A stretch of DNA of 64,000 nucleotides from a virus (taxonomy: Duplodnaviria > Caudoviricetes). The notes under the pieces were generated by a model that was not told where the DNA came from, searched no databases, and saw only the letters and a list, made by a program, of their open reading frames with translations. The position numbers and the translations under genes are program-made. Shown in pieces: positions 8,465 through 18,493 of this stretch (positions are counted from its first letter, which is position 1; each line of letters opens with the position of its first letter). The stretch is taken from positions 1-64,000 of the IMG/VR virus record IMGVR_UViG_3300040801_001355. One strand, written 5' to 3'.

Positions 8465-10997
8465 AAGCATACCTTTAAACCAATACTTTGAGCTGCAACC
8501 TAAGCAGCTTGAAGCGTATCAACACGTTGGTAAAGGCGGCAGAATCTTCTTTGGCGGAGCGCGGGGTGGGGGTAAAGTCGTTTCCCGCTCTGACACTGTC
8601 TCTACGCCGTTTGGGTGGAAGAAAATCGAAGACGTAAAAGAAGGCGATTTAATACACAATCCAGATGGCAGTGTGCAAAAAATTATTAAACTGCATCCGT
8701 GGATAAATTACAATCCAACACGCGTCACTTTTAGTGACGGTACTTACATCGACGTACACGAAGACCATTTGTGGCAAGCATGGCGCGCTAATAAAATGAT
8801 AAAGAAAAACGGTAAGAGAATTGGTAGTTATGAAAGCAGAGAAGTAGTAGAAACTCGCACACTGCGCAAATGGTTAGAGGCAGGGTATAATCCACAAATA
8901 CCCGTTACGCAACCCGTTCCATATAATATAAGTACACGAGAAAAGAATAAAATTCCTCCCTACTTATTAGGGGTATTATTAGGCGACGGCTCAATTACCA
9001 AAAATGGTATAACTATAACACAGCATCAAGACGACCATGAACATCTTAAAAAATATTTACCTTATGGAGATGACGTAAGATATAAAGGCCAATCAATTTG
9101 GTTTAATGGTCATACCCGCAAATGGTTAGAAGAAAAATTAAAACTACATAAATTATTTGGGACTAAAAGCGCAACTAAATTTATACCACGTATCTATAAA
9201 TATGGCACAATAGAAGATAGATGGGAATTAGTTAGAGGGCTAATGGATACAGATGGGTATTCCGCTCCTGATAAAAATGGTTGCCAATATACAACGATAA
9301 GCAAACAATTAGCAGATGATATGGCTAAGGTACTACGTAGCTTAGGATGCGTTGTTACCATTACAGATAAAATAGGTAAATATAAAAATGAATTAGGCGA
9401 AGTCATTGAGTGCAACAAAGCGTATATGTTATACATTAAAAGCCGCGATGATTCTCAACTGTTTAATATGGAGCGCAAAAAACGAAATGCTCCCGCTAAA
9501 AAAGAAATAAGTAAACGTGTTGTTAGCGTAGAGTTGTTAGAAGATATTGAAGTAGACGGGCGATGTATAACCGTAAGCCATCCTAATTCATTATATATAA
9601 CAAACGATTTCATAGTGACACACAACAGTTGGCTCGGACGTACAGCAGCGGTGTTAAGTTGTCTACAAGTCCCTGGATTGAGAGCAATAATTATCAGAGA
9701 GACCCTCGATGAACTTATCAATAACTTTGTTACACCAATATTAAACGACCTCCCAGAAGATATATTCCAATACAGATATTACCGTAAAGATAAAAAAGCA
9801 GTTTTTGCTAATGGGTCAGAAATCTTGTTCAGGTCAGTTGATGCACCCGAAGCTGCGCGTAAAGTGCAAGGTGTCGAGTACCAGTTAATGGTTATTGATG
9901 AAGCTAATAATTTTGATGAAGATATTATACATAAGTTATCTGGCTCGTTAAGAGCGCCAACAAATAAATTTGACGGCAAATTTATCCCGACATTACTTAT
10001 GACAGGTAACCCAGGTGGTAGAGCTGACGGGTACTTTAAAAGTAGATTTGTTAACCCAGATTATAGTCGATGGAAGCCGTATGAAATAAAATACAAAGAC
10101 AGATATATTTTTATTCCAGCTAAAGTTGACGATAATAAATACGTCAACGAAGACTACGTAGACCAACTAAGGTCTTTGCCTAAAAACTTACGCGAAGCAT
10201 GGTTACATGGCAATTGGGATGTATACGAAGGGCAGTTCTTTGATGAGTGGGACCCGTATTATCATGTAGTCGGTGACTTCATTATACCAGAGCATTGGCA
10301 AAAGATAGCTGGTTTTGACTTAGGGTTTACGAAAAAGCACCCGAGCGTAGGCTTGTGGTTAGCTCAAGACCCTGCGCGTTTAGATGTATACGTATATCAC
10401 GAATACACAGGAACAGCGTCTGTTGATACTTACGCTCGTGACCTATTAGAAATAAACAAATCCGCAAAAGCAAACTTATTTTATATTGACCCATCAATGT
10501 TCTCGAATAACACACGTCGTCAGGAGGGGGATGAAAGTCCTGCTGATATGTTTTTACGTGAAGGCATACCAGCTGTTCGCGCAAATAACGACCGCATCAA
10601 TGGATGGCGAGTAGTTAAACAATGGTTAACAGTAGTAGATACATTGGAGAACGCAGCGAATCCAGAGTCGGGGAGAGTAAATAAATCCCGCTTGAAAATA
10701 ATGGATAGCTGCCAACACTTAATAGAGACCTTGCCTTTATTGAAATATGCAAGTAACTCTTTCCAAAAGAAAGAAGACGTAGATACAAAGATGGAGGACG
10801 ACGCAGCAGACGCATTACGGTATGGGTTAGTTACAGGGTTTGGATATCCGACGCATAGCGTAGAAAAAACTTACTCTGACGAAATCAAAGAAGTCTATGA
10901 ATTGAATGATGACTTTGAAGCCGTCGGATTTTATAACGACTTTTTAGACGAAAAGAACGATAAAGATTTCGTTTCATCTGCATCATATTACGGGTAA
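8451..10997 (+). CDS. terL: terminase large subunit containing an intein
   Basis: GGARGGGK|S Walker A split by the intein, VIDEA Walker B, TGNPGG, GFDLGF nuclease motif, DDAADALRY. Confidence 0.95.
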   Translation: MPKTKSIPLNQYFELQPKQLEAYQHVGKGGRIFFGGARGGGKVVSRSDTVSTPFGWKKIEDVKEGDLIHNPDGSVQKIIKLHPWINYNPTRVTFSDGTYIDVHEDHLWQAWRANKMIKKNGKRIGSYESREVVETRTLRKWLEAGYNPQIPVTQPVPYNISTREKNKIPPYLLGVLLGDGSITKNGITITQHQDDHEHLKKYLPYGDDVRYKGQSIWFNGHTRKWLEEKLKLHKLFGTKSATKFIPRIYKYGTIEDRWELVRGLMDTDGYSAPDKNGCQYTTISKQLADDMAKVLRSLGCVVTITDKIGKYKNELGEVIECNKAYMLYIKSRDDSQLFNMERKKRNAPAKKEISKRVVSVELLEDIEVDGRCITVSHPNSLYITNDFIVTHNSWLGRTAAVLSCLQVPGLRAIIIRETLDELINNFVTPILNDLPEDIFQYRYYRKDKKAVFANGSEILFRSVDAPEAARKVQGVEYQLMVIDEANNFDEDIIHKLSGSLRAPTNKFDGKFIPTLLMTGNPGGRADGYFKSRFVNPDYSRWKPYEIKYKDRYIFIPAKVDDNKYVNEDYVDQLRSLPKNLREAWLHGNWDVYEGQFFDEWDPYYHVVGDFIIPEHWQKIAGFDLGFTKKHPSVGLWLAQDPARLDVYVYHEYTGTASVDTYARDLLEINKSAKANLFYIDPSMFSNNTRRQEGDESPADMFLREGIPAVRANNDRINGWRVVKQWLTVVDTLENAANPESGRVNKSRLKIMDSCQHLIETLPLLKYASNSFQKKEDVDTKMEDDAADALRYGLVTGFGYPTHSVEKTYSDEIKEVYELNDDFEAVGFYNDFLDEKNDKDFVSSASYYG
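8577..9626 (+). mobile_element. 350-aa class 3-type intein with LAGLIDADG homing endonuclease
   Basis: Starts VVSRSDTVSTPFGW; block B HEDHLW; LLGVLLGDG and LVRGLMDTDG; block F RCITV; ends IVTHN followed by Ser+1. Confidence 0.93.
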
Positions 10998-11001
10998 AGA
11001 A

Positions 11002-13047
11002 ATGATTGAAGTATTGACCGAAGAAGAAAACGCGAGTCGATTAGGCGACTCAGCAAAACGACTTGAAGTCGTACATGGCGATTTAGAAAAAATCAGTTAC
11101 GTCTTTGAGGAAAAGCAAGTCAAAGGACGGCGTAATCAAGATTGGTATGCTTCCCGTCAATGGACAGATGATGAAAAGGAAGCGCACCATAGACAGCGCA
11201 GGCACCCGTTTGTCTTTAATGAGATACAACATAAGGTCGACCATTTAATAGGTACTCAGACACAGACACGAATGGATGCCAAAGTGATGCCGCGAGAAAA
11301 AGGAGATGAATTAGCGGCACAGCTACTCACTGCAATAGTCAAGTGGGTTGAACAAGTTAACGCAATAGAACACGTAGAAACTCAAGTCTTTACAGACGGA
11401 TTACTTAAAGGCTTTGGAGCAGCAGTAGTGCGTTGGGAGATGGAGGACTTTATACACGGTTATCCTAAAGTAGAGAAAGTTCCGATGAACCAACTCTATT
11501 GGGATTTATCCGCAAAGTCGCTTGATTTATCTGACGCAAGATGGATGGCACGAGTGCAACGATTACAACGCGGGACGCTTTACGAATTATTCCCAGACAA
11601 TATCGAGGAGATAAAAGATGCAGCAAATCACGAGGGCACGGATGGTTATCCGAGTATCTTACAAATAAAAACGAAGTTGGAAGAAGAACTTGACACACGA
11701 TACGGTTCGTCTTGGCAGTATTCTGATAGAGATTACGTTGATTTAGTTGAGCACTATGAGAAAATACGCATTAAACAATATGTAGTATTAGACGATATCA
11801 CAGGGCGCATCAACAGATTCGACGAATACACAGAGGCACAAGATTATTATAAAGGTCTGATGACCACGTATTCAGAGAACGGTGAGCCATTATACATGGC
11901 CGACGGGACAAGTCGAGTAGCTTTCGTTACTACAACTGTCGACAAAATGTTGCAAACCATAATCGTGGGTGACACGGTTATATCTTCTACATTAACTGAT
12001 TTAAGTGATTTTCCATTTGTTGTGTTTTTCGCTTATTTCAGTGACGGCGATTTCTGGGCATTCGTTGATTCCCTTATAGACCCGCAGTACCTTGTCAATC
12101 GCTTTTTCTCACAGTGGGATTATACATTAGGAGCTTCACATAAGAATATGATAACAGTGCAAGAGTCACTGTTAAAGAGAGGGTGGTCAGTAGAAAAAGT
12201 CCGCCAAGAAATCTCGCGTACAGCTCCTGTTATTCCAGTGATGAATCACGCAGCGATTGAACCGCGACCTAATAACCCCGTGAATCCCGAATTATTTCAA
12301 GGGATTATGTTTGGTATCGGACGTATGAATGATTATGCAGGAGGGCGTAATGCTCTTGGTCTGCAAGAATCTGCGGCTGAATCAGGGCGGGCGGTTATTG
12401 CACGAGCGGAACAAGGCGGATTGGCACGTTTGCCGTTATTTGACAAACTACGTAATTGGCGACAAAACTTAACCTACAGACTATTATGGTGGATAAAAGG
12501 ATATATGTCTCCTGCTCAAATGTTGCGTATTGTTGGTAAAGACGACTCAATTAAATTCACAAATATAGACGACTTAGTTCTAAGCGGCCTTAGAGAAATT
12601 AAAACAGATGTTGTTGTCGATGAGGCTACGAAGTCAGAGTCTATTAGAGAAAGACAATATCAACAGACCGTACAGTTCTTCCAGACAGTACAAGGTCTTG
12701 TGCCAGGTGACATCGTGGTAGATATGTTGTTAGAATTATCAGAGTTGCCAGAATCTAAAAAAGATGAGATGCGTTCTAAGTTAGAATTTTCTCAAGCATA
12801 TCAACAACAAAAAGAACAGCAACAAAATGAACAGAAGCTACAACAGCAAGTGGTTGACGCCCAAAAGCGTAAGAGCATCAAAGAGATGTTGGAAAGGGAT
12901 GAAGAGCTTAAAGATGCGACGGAGCAAGTACGCAAATCCCAAAAGGAGATGTCAAAAGAAGTTGATGAATTACAAAGATTACGTGAAAAGGGTGAAGAAA
13001 TAGAAGTGCCTCAGCAGTCAGCAATATCGCAGCTGTTTGGAGGATAA
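11002..13047 (+). CDS. portal protein, P22-like, with Q/E-rich C-terminal coiled-coil barrel
   Basis: WYASRQW...P.VFNEIQHKVD.LIG...R.DAKVMPRE; position after TerL. Confidence 0.9.
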   Translation: MIEVLTEEENASRLGDSAKRLEVVHGDLEKISYVFEEKQVKGRRNQDWYASRQWTDDEKEAHHRQRRHPFVFNEIQHKVDHLIGTQTQTRMDAKVMPREKGDELAAQLLTAIVKWVEQVNAIEHVETQVFTDGLLKGFGAAVVRWEMEDFIHGYPKVEKVPMNQLYWDLSAKSLDLSDARWMARVQRLQRGTLYELFPDNIEEIKDAANHEGTDGYPSILQIKTKLEEELDTRYGSSWQYSDRDYVDLVEHYEKIRIKQYVVLDDITGRINRFDEYTEAQDYYKGLMTTYSENGEPLYMADGTSRVAFVTTTVDKMLQTIIVGDTVISSTLTDLSDFPFVVFFAYFSDGDFWAFVDSLIDPQYLVNRFFSQWDYTLGASHKNMITVQESLLKRGWSVEKVRQEISRTAPVIPVMNHAAIEPRPNNPVNPELFQGIMFGIGRMNDYAGGRNALGLQESAAESGRAVIARAEQGGLARLPLFDKLRNWRQNLTYRLLWWIKGYMSPAQMLRIVGKDDSIKFTNIDDLVLSGLREIKTDVVVDEATKSESIRERQYQQTVQFFQTVQGLVPGDIVVDMLLELSELPESKKDEMRSKLEFSQAYQQQKEQQQNEQKLQQQVVDAQKRKSIKEMLERDEELKDATEQVRKSQKEMSKEVDELQRLREKGEEIEVPQQSAISQLFGG

Positions 13048-13077
13048 GGACACAAGTCCCGTTTTATAAAAACTTTA

Positions 13078-13110
13078 CTTGACTTATAGAACTTAATTAA
13101 ATATTTTTGT
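13078..13110 (+). promoter_or_regulatory. Bacteroidota-type promoter for head genes
   Basis: CTTG(13078-13081)-N20-TATTTTTG(13102-13109). Confidence 0.75.
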
Positions 13111-13130
13111 ATAAAAAGCGAGGAGCTAAT

Positions 13131-14108
13131 ATGGCGATGGATTTAAGTGTGCTTGATGAAGGCGCAGAAGCAACGACAGAAGAACGCCAAGAAGAGGTGG
13201 CAGAAGATGTCCAAGAAGTTGACGCAAACGAACCATACGAAGGACAAGCCATCGACGACAGAGAAGATGGTGACGGTGATGACGTACAGAGTGAAAGTGA
13301 AGAGGAAGGTGGAGAAGCCGCCGAAACTCTTACAGCGTTAGAAAGATGGCGACAAGAACGTGCGAAGTCTAAGCAGCAAAAAGAGCCGCAACAAAATCTG
13401 GACGACCCAGAAATTAAAAGCGCATTGGAATTTGCAAAGTTTGCTAAGACAGACCAGTTCACACGTAACATCGCTGCATGGAGAAAGCAAGGTTATAGTG
13501 AAGACCAAATCGCACTATACCTTGCGCAACAATACGCAGCAAACGCACAACCTAATGAGCAAAACACCGATAACTATGGCGCCAATAATAACACAACAGA
13601 TATTGACGCAGCTTCCATTGAAGCGCGAGTCAATGAATTGCTGGATTCAAAGTTGGGGGAATATACGCAGCAGCAACAAAAGCAACAGCAGTTGCAGTTG
13701 CAGCAATCGCAGATAAATAACAACAACGAAGTTGTATTCTCCACAGCGTTAAGCTCAGCTGGGCTTAAAGAAAGCGACATTACAGATGAAGACGCGACAG
13801 CATTAAGAGATGCGGTTGATATGTTATACCAAAACATAGACCCTCGTCAATATGCTTTTACACAACAACAAGCTGATATGATAGTACGTACAGCTTTTGA
13901 AGATAAGTTAAAAAATAACAAAGCTAAAAGGAGTACAAACATGGCACAGAATGCTCAAAACGCACCACGTGTACTTGGAGCACAGCCAGGAGAAGCGTCC
14001 CAAGCCCCAGACAAAAGTCGAGGTAAAGACCCATACGCTCCTTTAAAAGCTCGACAAGGCATCACAAAAGGTGAGCGCGTTAAAAATTACTTTAAACTTT
14101 TTTCTTAA
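13131..14108 (+). CDS. capsid scaffolding protein
   Basis: Acidic N-terminus, Q-rich helical middle, basic C-terminus; between portal and capsid; SD aggag before ATG 13131. Confidence 0.7.
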   Translation: MAMDLSVLDEGAEATTEERQEEVAEDVQEVDANEPYEGQAIDDREDGDGDDVQSESEEEGGEAAETLTALERWRQERAKSKQQKEPQQNLDDPEIKSALEFAKFAKTDQFTRNIAAWRKQGYSEDQIALYLAQQYAANAQPNEQNTDNYGANNNTTDIDAASIEARVNELLDSKLGEYTQQQQKQQQLQLQQSQINNNNEVVFSTALSSAGLKESDITDEDATALRDAVDMLYQNIDPRQYAFTQQQADMIVRTAFEDKLKNNKAKRSTNMAQNAQNAPRVLGAQPGEASQAPDKSRGKDPYAPLKARQGITKGERVKNYFKLFS

Positions 14109-14139
14109 ACAACTTTACTAAAAGTAAAAGGAGTGCATT

Positions 14140-15459
14140 ATGAAATATGACAATAGAGCGGTAACAGATGGCGTCAGAAGTTCGACGTCAGTATTGCCTA
14201 AAAAGATTGTCGATGACATTGACTGGCAGATAAGAACACTTGAGCCAGAAGCAACTCCTCTTTACACATTAGGTCAGGTGTTAGGTACGGGACCAAAGCC
14301 CACTAATCACAAAGTCCAAGTAACGCAATATCACGCGTTCGACCATTACGACTACTGTTCTAACGTGTATTTGGGAGCTGATGTAGCAAGCGGCGGCTGG
14401 GAACGATTCGCACGCTTAACTCTTGACCAACCATCAAGACCATCAACAGGGAGCACAAACATGTTCTACCAACCTCGCGATAAATTTTATATCGCGTCAA
14501 CAGGTCAGGTAGTCGAGGTAGTCGTAACCCCAAGAAGCAATTACGATGCGCACGGGACAGCAATGGTAGTACCAACGGTATTGGCTGGAACAGGTGCATC
14601 AGATACGGTAACAACTGGCACGTCCACAGCGGGCACAGTGGTTGTTAGAAACCTTACGCCAGACCCTATCGCACCATTCTCTCAATCTGACGTTATTTAT
14701 CTTGGTAACGCAATTTCTGAGTCCCAAGATATTTTAGCTGAACCATCTCAACGTGACATCTTGTTTGACTGTAACTACGTGGAACACCACGAGAAAGTTA
14801 TTACGATGACAGAAGACCAATATAAGTGGGTGCAAACTCATGGGTCTGTTCCTGAGTGGAGCTTCCAACAAAGAGAAGCAATGAAAGAGATGAAGAAAGA
14901 TATAGATTACCTTGCATTCTTTGGCGAAAGAGCAGTCAACTTTGATGTTGAGAATAGGCCAGCACGTCACATGAGAGGGTTGTTAAACTCAATCCAAACT
15001 AACGTGGCTTATTATAACCCTGCTTCCACGGTTGATTTTGAATTAATGTTTGCGAATTTCTTGCATAACCAAGCTTTCCGTTATAACCCTAACGGCAAAA
15101 ATAAGATTGGTATTTGTGGGCCAGACTTCTTGTTCAACTTTAACATGGCGTTCAGAGAATTTAGAAGAACAACTGATATTGACGTAAAAGCTAAAAAAGC
15201 TGGTCTTGATATTGATACATATAAAATGCCGTCGGGCTACACTATATCACTTACTTCTTCTGAGGTATTCCGCAGAGGAACTGCGATGAGTAATTGGTGT
15301 TTCATTATCGACCCAATGGAAGCTGAATGGAGAATAGTAAAAGACTTCTCTACTCGTCCGTATCAATTAGCTACTCAACGTGACATTAAGTTAATGATGG
15401 AATGGCAAGGCACAATTGCTTGGCATTTAGAACAATCACACGCACTTTTAAGAACTTAA
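14140..15459 (+). CDS. major capsid protein (SU10/DUF5309-like HK97 fold)
   Basis: TLEPEATPLYTL N-terminus, NYVEHHEK.ITMT, DIDYLAFFG, RHMRGL, EWQGTIAW..EQSHA. Confidence 0.85.
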   Translation: MKYDNRAVTDGVRSSTSVLPKKIVDDIDWQIRTLEPEATPLYTLGQVLGTGPKPTNHKVQVTQYHAFDHYDYCSNVYLGADVASGGWERFARLTLDQPSRPSTGSTNMFYQPRDKFYIASTGQVVEVVVTPRSNYDAHGTAMVVPTVLAGTGASDTVTTGTSTAGTVVVRNLTPDPIAPFSQSDVIYLGNAISESQDILAEPSQRDILFDCNYVEHHEKVITMTEDQYKWVQTHGSVPEWSFQQREAMKEMKKDIDYLAFFGERAVNFDVENRPARHMRGLLNSIQTNVAYYNPASTVDFELMFANFLHNQAFRYNPNGKNKIGICGPDFLFNFNMAFREFRRTTDIDVKAKKAGLDIDTYKMPSGYTISLTSSEVFRRGTAMSNWCFIIDPMEAEWRIVKDFSTRPYQLATQRDIKLMMEWQGTIAWHLEQSHALLRT

Positions 15460-15472
15460 TAGGAGATAGACA

Positions 15473-16141
15473 ATGAGATATATAAGTCCATACGCAAATT
15501 TAAAATTGTATCGTAAAGATGGCACAATAGCACATGAGTTCGTAAACGGCGTACTGGTTGTTGGTGACCAAACTACTACGAATGGCACAGACCTAACGAC
15601 TAATACATTGGGCTATGTTGTTGACGCATTTGAATATAGCGGCACACCTGAAACCGAAGTTTTCCAAATTTATTCTACTACCTTAGATGGTGGCGCAGAT
15701 GACAGATGGGAACTTGCAGGACAAGGCTCGTTAAATGGCGTTGATAATAACGGCGATGCGCTGACTAACCTAGAAGATGGTTATAGAGGCTTCTTCTTTG
15801 AAGCACCTAAACTATCTGGAGCAGATGGCGCGTCAGCTACAGAAGGTGTCTGGTATGAAGTGTTAGAAGGCTCTGTAACATATGGTGGTACTGAGTACAC
15901 GATAGGCCAATTCTTTGAAACAGACGGCGATGCGACAGTAGTAACTGGTGACGGTTATTATGCGTTAGCTTTGCCTGAGTCCTTGCGTAATAAATGCAAG
16001 TGCTTCTGTGCAGAAGAGTTTAAAATAAAGCACCTACAATATGGAGATGAGCCATTGAGCTACTTCTTCTTTGGGGAGGGATTTAAGCCGCGTAACAGTA
16101 TGACAACTACAGACGCAGACTTCTACGGATGGATACGTTAA
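15473..16141 (+). CDS. putative capsid decoration/auxiliary virion protein
   Basis: Beta-rich G/T/D-rich sequence right after the capsid gene and before a terminator. Confidence 0.5.
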   Translation: MRYISPYANLKLYRKDGTIAHEFVNGVLVVGDQTTTNGTDLTTNTLGYVVDAFEYSGTPETEVFQIYSTTLDGGADDRWELAGQGSLNGVDNNGDALTNLEDGYRGFFFEAPKLSGADGASATEGVWYEVLEGSVTYGGTEYTIGQFFETDGDATVVTGDGYYALALPESLRNKCKCFCAEEFKIKHLQYGDEPLSYFFFGEGFKPRNSMTTTDADFYGWIR

Positions 16142-16158
16142 ATAGATTTTAAATATAT

Positions 16159-16212
16159 GGTGGCGGGCTTTAGTTAGCCTCCTCGCTCTCTCTTGCTCGT
16201 CACCTTTTTTTT
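16159..16212 (+). terminator. long-loop terminator after the capsid genes
   Basis: 10-bp stem ggtggcgggc/gctcgtcacc (two G:U), 26-nt loop, T8. Confidence 0.65.
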
Positions 16213-16238
16213 ACAAATATTTTTGAGGAAGCGAGACT

Positions 16239-16658
16239 ATGGCAGCAACAAAAAATTCAAATACGGCAGGCACTGTCACTAAAGTTGAAGAAAAAGATTC
16301 GTCTACTGGAAGGGTAGTCGAAAAAATTATTTTGCAAGAGGCAGCAAAACCAGATTACCTAAGATATGAAGCACGTCACATTCTGAACGATAGTAAAAAC
16401 AACGCGAAGAATATCAAGACGTTCTTATCACCTAAGAAAAGCTTGTCTTTATTTGGCAAGAGTTATGACAACAAAGGTTTTGTGATTACATTCAAAGCCT
16501 CTACCTTTGAAACGGATGACCCAGATTTAATTGAATTTCTACAAAATCATCCGCAATATGAGGTTGCATTCTTTGAAGGCAAATATCCAAAAAGCGTGTT
16601 AGACCAAATTGAGAGAGACCACAAAATGTTAACGCGTGACCCAGACGAATATAAATAA
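16239..16658 (+). CDS. hypothetical virion-module protein
   Basis: SD gagg; operon position. Confidence 0.7.
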   Translation: MAATKNSNTAGTVTKVEEKDSSTGRVVEKIILQEAAKPDYLRYEARHILNDSKNNAKNIKTFLSPKKSLSLFGKSYDNKGFVITFKASTFETDDPDLIEFLQNHPQYEVAFFEGKYPKSVLDQIERDHKMLTRDPDEYK

Positions 16659-16670
16659 TAGGAGTTCAAG

Positions 16671-17060
16671 ATGAAAGATTCAAAAAATAAAAGTGATTAC
16701 AGCTATGGTCAACCTAAAAAGAAAAAGCGCGATAAGATGGTAAAAGATACAGAGGCGTTTTCATTAGGGCGCATCACAGCAATGCAACAACAGAAAGACA
16801 AAGAACTCGCAATGGGCGCGTTCCAAAATATGTTAATGATGCAACAAGCTCAAATGGTGAAGAATGAGGTCACGAATCTTTTATCTGAATTACGTATGCA
16901 AATGAACGAAGCGCAGTCAATGATGTCAGCCCCACCAATTCCAGGGATGATGCCTAACGACCCAATGATGATGGGCGGCGGCATGCCTCCTGAGATGGGC
17001 ATGGCCCCAGAAATGGGCGGCGGTATGCCACCAGAAATGGGAGCACCACCTATGGTGTAA
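16671..17060 (+). CDS. hypothetical protein with M/P/G-rich C-terminal repeats (GGGMPPEMG)
   Basis: SD aggag; coiled coil then low-complexity tail. Confidence 0.7.
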   Translation: MKDSKNKSDYSYGQPKKKKRDKMVKDTEAFSLGRITAMQQQKDKELAMGAFQNMLMMQQAQMVKNEVTNLLSELRMQMNEAQSMMSAPPIPGMMPNDPMMMGGGMPPEMGMAPEMGGGMPPEMGAPPMV

Positions 17061-17069
17061 GGAGATATT

Positions 17070-17738
17070 ATGACTGGTCAACAACTCATAGATTTAATGC
17101 GTCAGAATCTTCGCGATACTGGCGCATTTTCTCCTGATAGTGCGCTACAAGGTCAATTTTGGAGCGACTATGAACTATTATTGTTCCTCAATATGGCGCA
17201 AGACACAGTGCTCGATAATGCCTTAGTGTATAATAACGAGTACATCTTATCGCATTTACATGCAGCGACAACCCAACAAGGATTAGGCGACACAGACCCC
17301 GTCGATTTACCCAATGATTATATGCACTATCAATCAGCAGTTGTTGAATGGGACGAAAGTTATTTATCTATGGCTAAGTTATACATGGGAGGTGAAGGCG
17401 AGTACTACAGAGATACCCAGCAACATATGGCATGGATAGATAGAGATGTAGTAAAATTTTATAGTAACGGGGTTCCTGTGCGTGGCATATTATATTATTA
17501 TAAATATCCAGCTGAAATTACGATAGGCGACTTTAACGAGACTTTTGGCATAGATGTGTATAACAATTTAATCGTTAAACAAGCCCTTGTGTTTGCTGGA
17601 CTTAAAGAACCGCAAACTCAGCGAGAGTTTAAAAATTACATTGATGCAAGAAATACTTCTTTGATAATTGACCCAAAATTATTTAATTACATTGAGCACA
17701 GAGAATTGTCTGACAAAATATTACAAGGTGCACAATGA
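17070..17738 (+). CDS. tail ring/head-tail adaptor protein 1
   Basis: N-terminal helix MTGQQLIDLMRQNLRD, beta middle ending YYKYP, C-terminal helices; P22 gp4/T7 gp11-like layout. Confidence 0.6.
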   Translation: MTGQQLIDLMRQNLRDTGAFSPDSALQGQFWSDYELLLFLNMAQDTVLDNALVYNNEYILSHLHAATTQQGLGDTDPVDLPNDYMHYQSAVVEWDESYLSMAKLYMGGEGEYYRDTQQHMAWIDRDVVKFYSNGVPVRGILYYYKYPAEITIGDFNETFGIDVYNNLIVKQALVFAGLKEPQTQREFKNYIDARNTSLIIDPKLFNYIEHRELSDKILQGAQ

Positions 17739-18493
17739 CAGCGTTACAAACAATAAATATAATACGCTCACTACTTGACGATGGCTTAGATTGGTTTCCG
17801 ACTTTGCAGCAAACTATTGATGCAATTAACGAAGCTCAACGCAGAGTTGTGCATGAAGCCGTCAGAAGAAGAGACCAACGTATATTACGTCCATTAATCT
17901 ATGAAGACAGAGTTGTCACAGAAGAAAATAATGCGGTAACCGCGGAGATGCGAACTGTGGATAGTAGCGGCAATATAAGGTACGCTATGTTTCCTGTTTC
18001 ATGCCGCATCACTGAGTATACTACTAACGCAAAGTTAAGTAGACCAGGGGCGAAAACGTTTGTAGCACGCTGGATGCCGTACAATACTTTTATGAATTAC
18101 TATGGGCAAGCTCCTGTGCGACGTCCAAGTTACACAACAGGCTTACAATACCCAAGAGATGCTATCTATACTTTTAATACCTTTTATACAGGTGAGCCAA
18201 TATTCGGGCCACGAGTATCAACGACAGTGAAATTTAATTATAACGACATTGACTTTGATTATGCGGACGTTAAATTTATAGCGTATCCAATTGACTTTGT
18301 GTATGATGATGCTAATTGGTCTAATAATGTCGGCCTGGAATTACCCAAAGAAGTTCATCCGAAAATAATATCAATGGCGGCAGAGCTATTGAACACAACC
18401 GACGTCAATGAGTTACAGCGAGGCCGCGCTGTTAGCACGCAGCAAAATAGAGTTACATTAGATAAGTCAGAGGTAAGCCATGATAACTCCTAA
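17735..18493 (+). CDS. tail ring/adaptor protein 2
   Basis: MTALQTINIIRSLLDD...INEAQ...AYP...LELPKEVHPKIISMA. Confidence 0.6.
   Translation: MTALQTINIIRSLLDDGLDWFPTLQQTIDAINEAQRRVVHEAVRRRDQRILRPLIYEDRVVTEENNAVTAEMRTVDSSGNIRYAMFPVSCRITEYTTNAKLSRPGAKTFVARWMPYNTFMNYYGQAPVRRPSYTTGLQYPRDAIYTFNTFYTGEPIFGPRVSTTVKFNYNDIDFDYADVKFIAYPIDFVYDDANWSNNVGLELPKEVHPKIISMAAELLNTTDVNELQRGRAVSTQQNRVTLDKSEVSHDNS

Noticed and set aside
13048-13059. GGAC-acaa-GTCC palindrome after the portal gene as a shared operator with 38260-38273
   Set aside because: Only 4-bp arms, and it does not overlap the promoter boxes; compatible with chance or a weak terminator.
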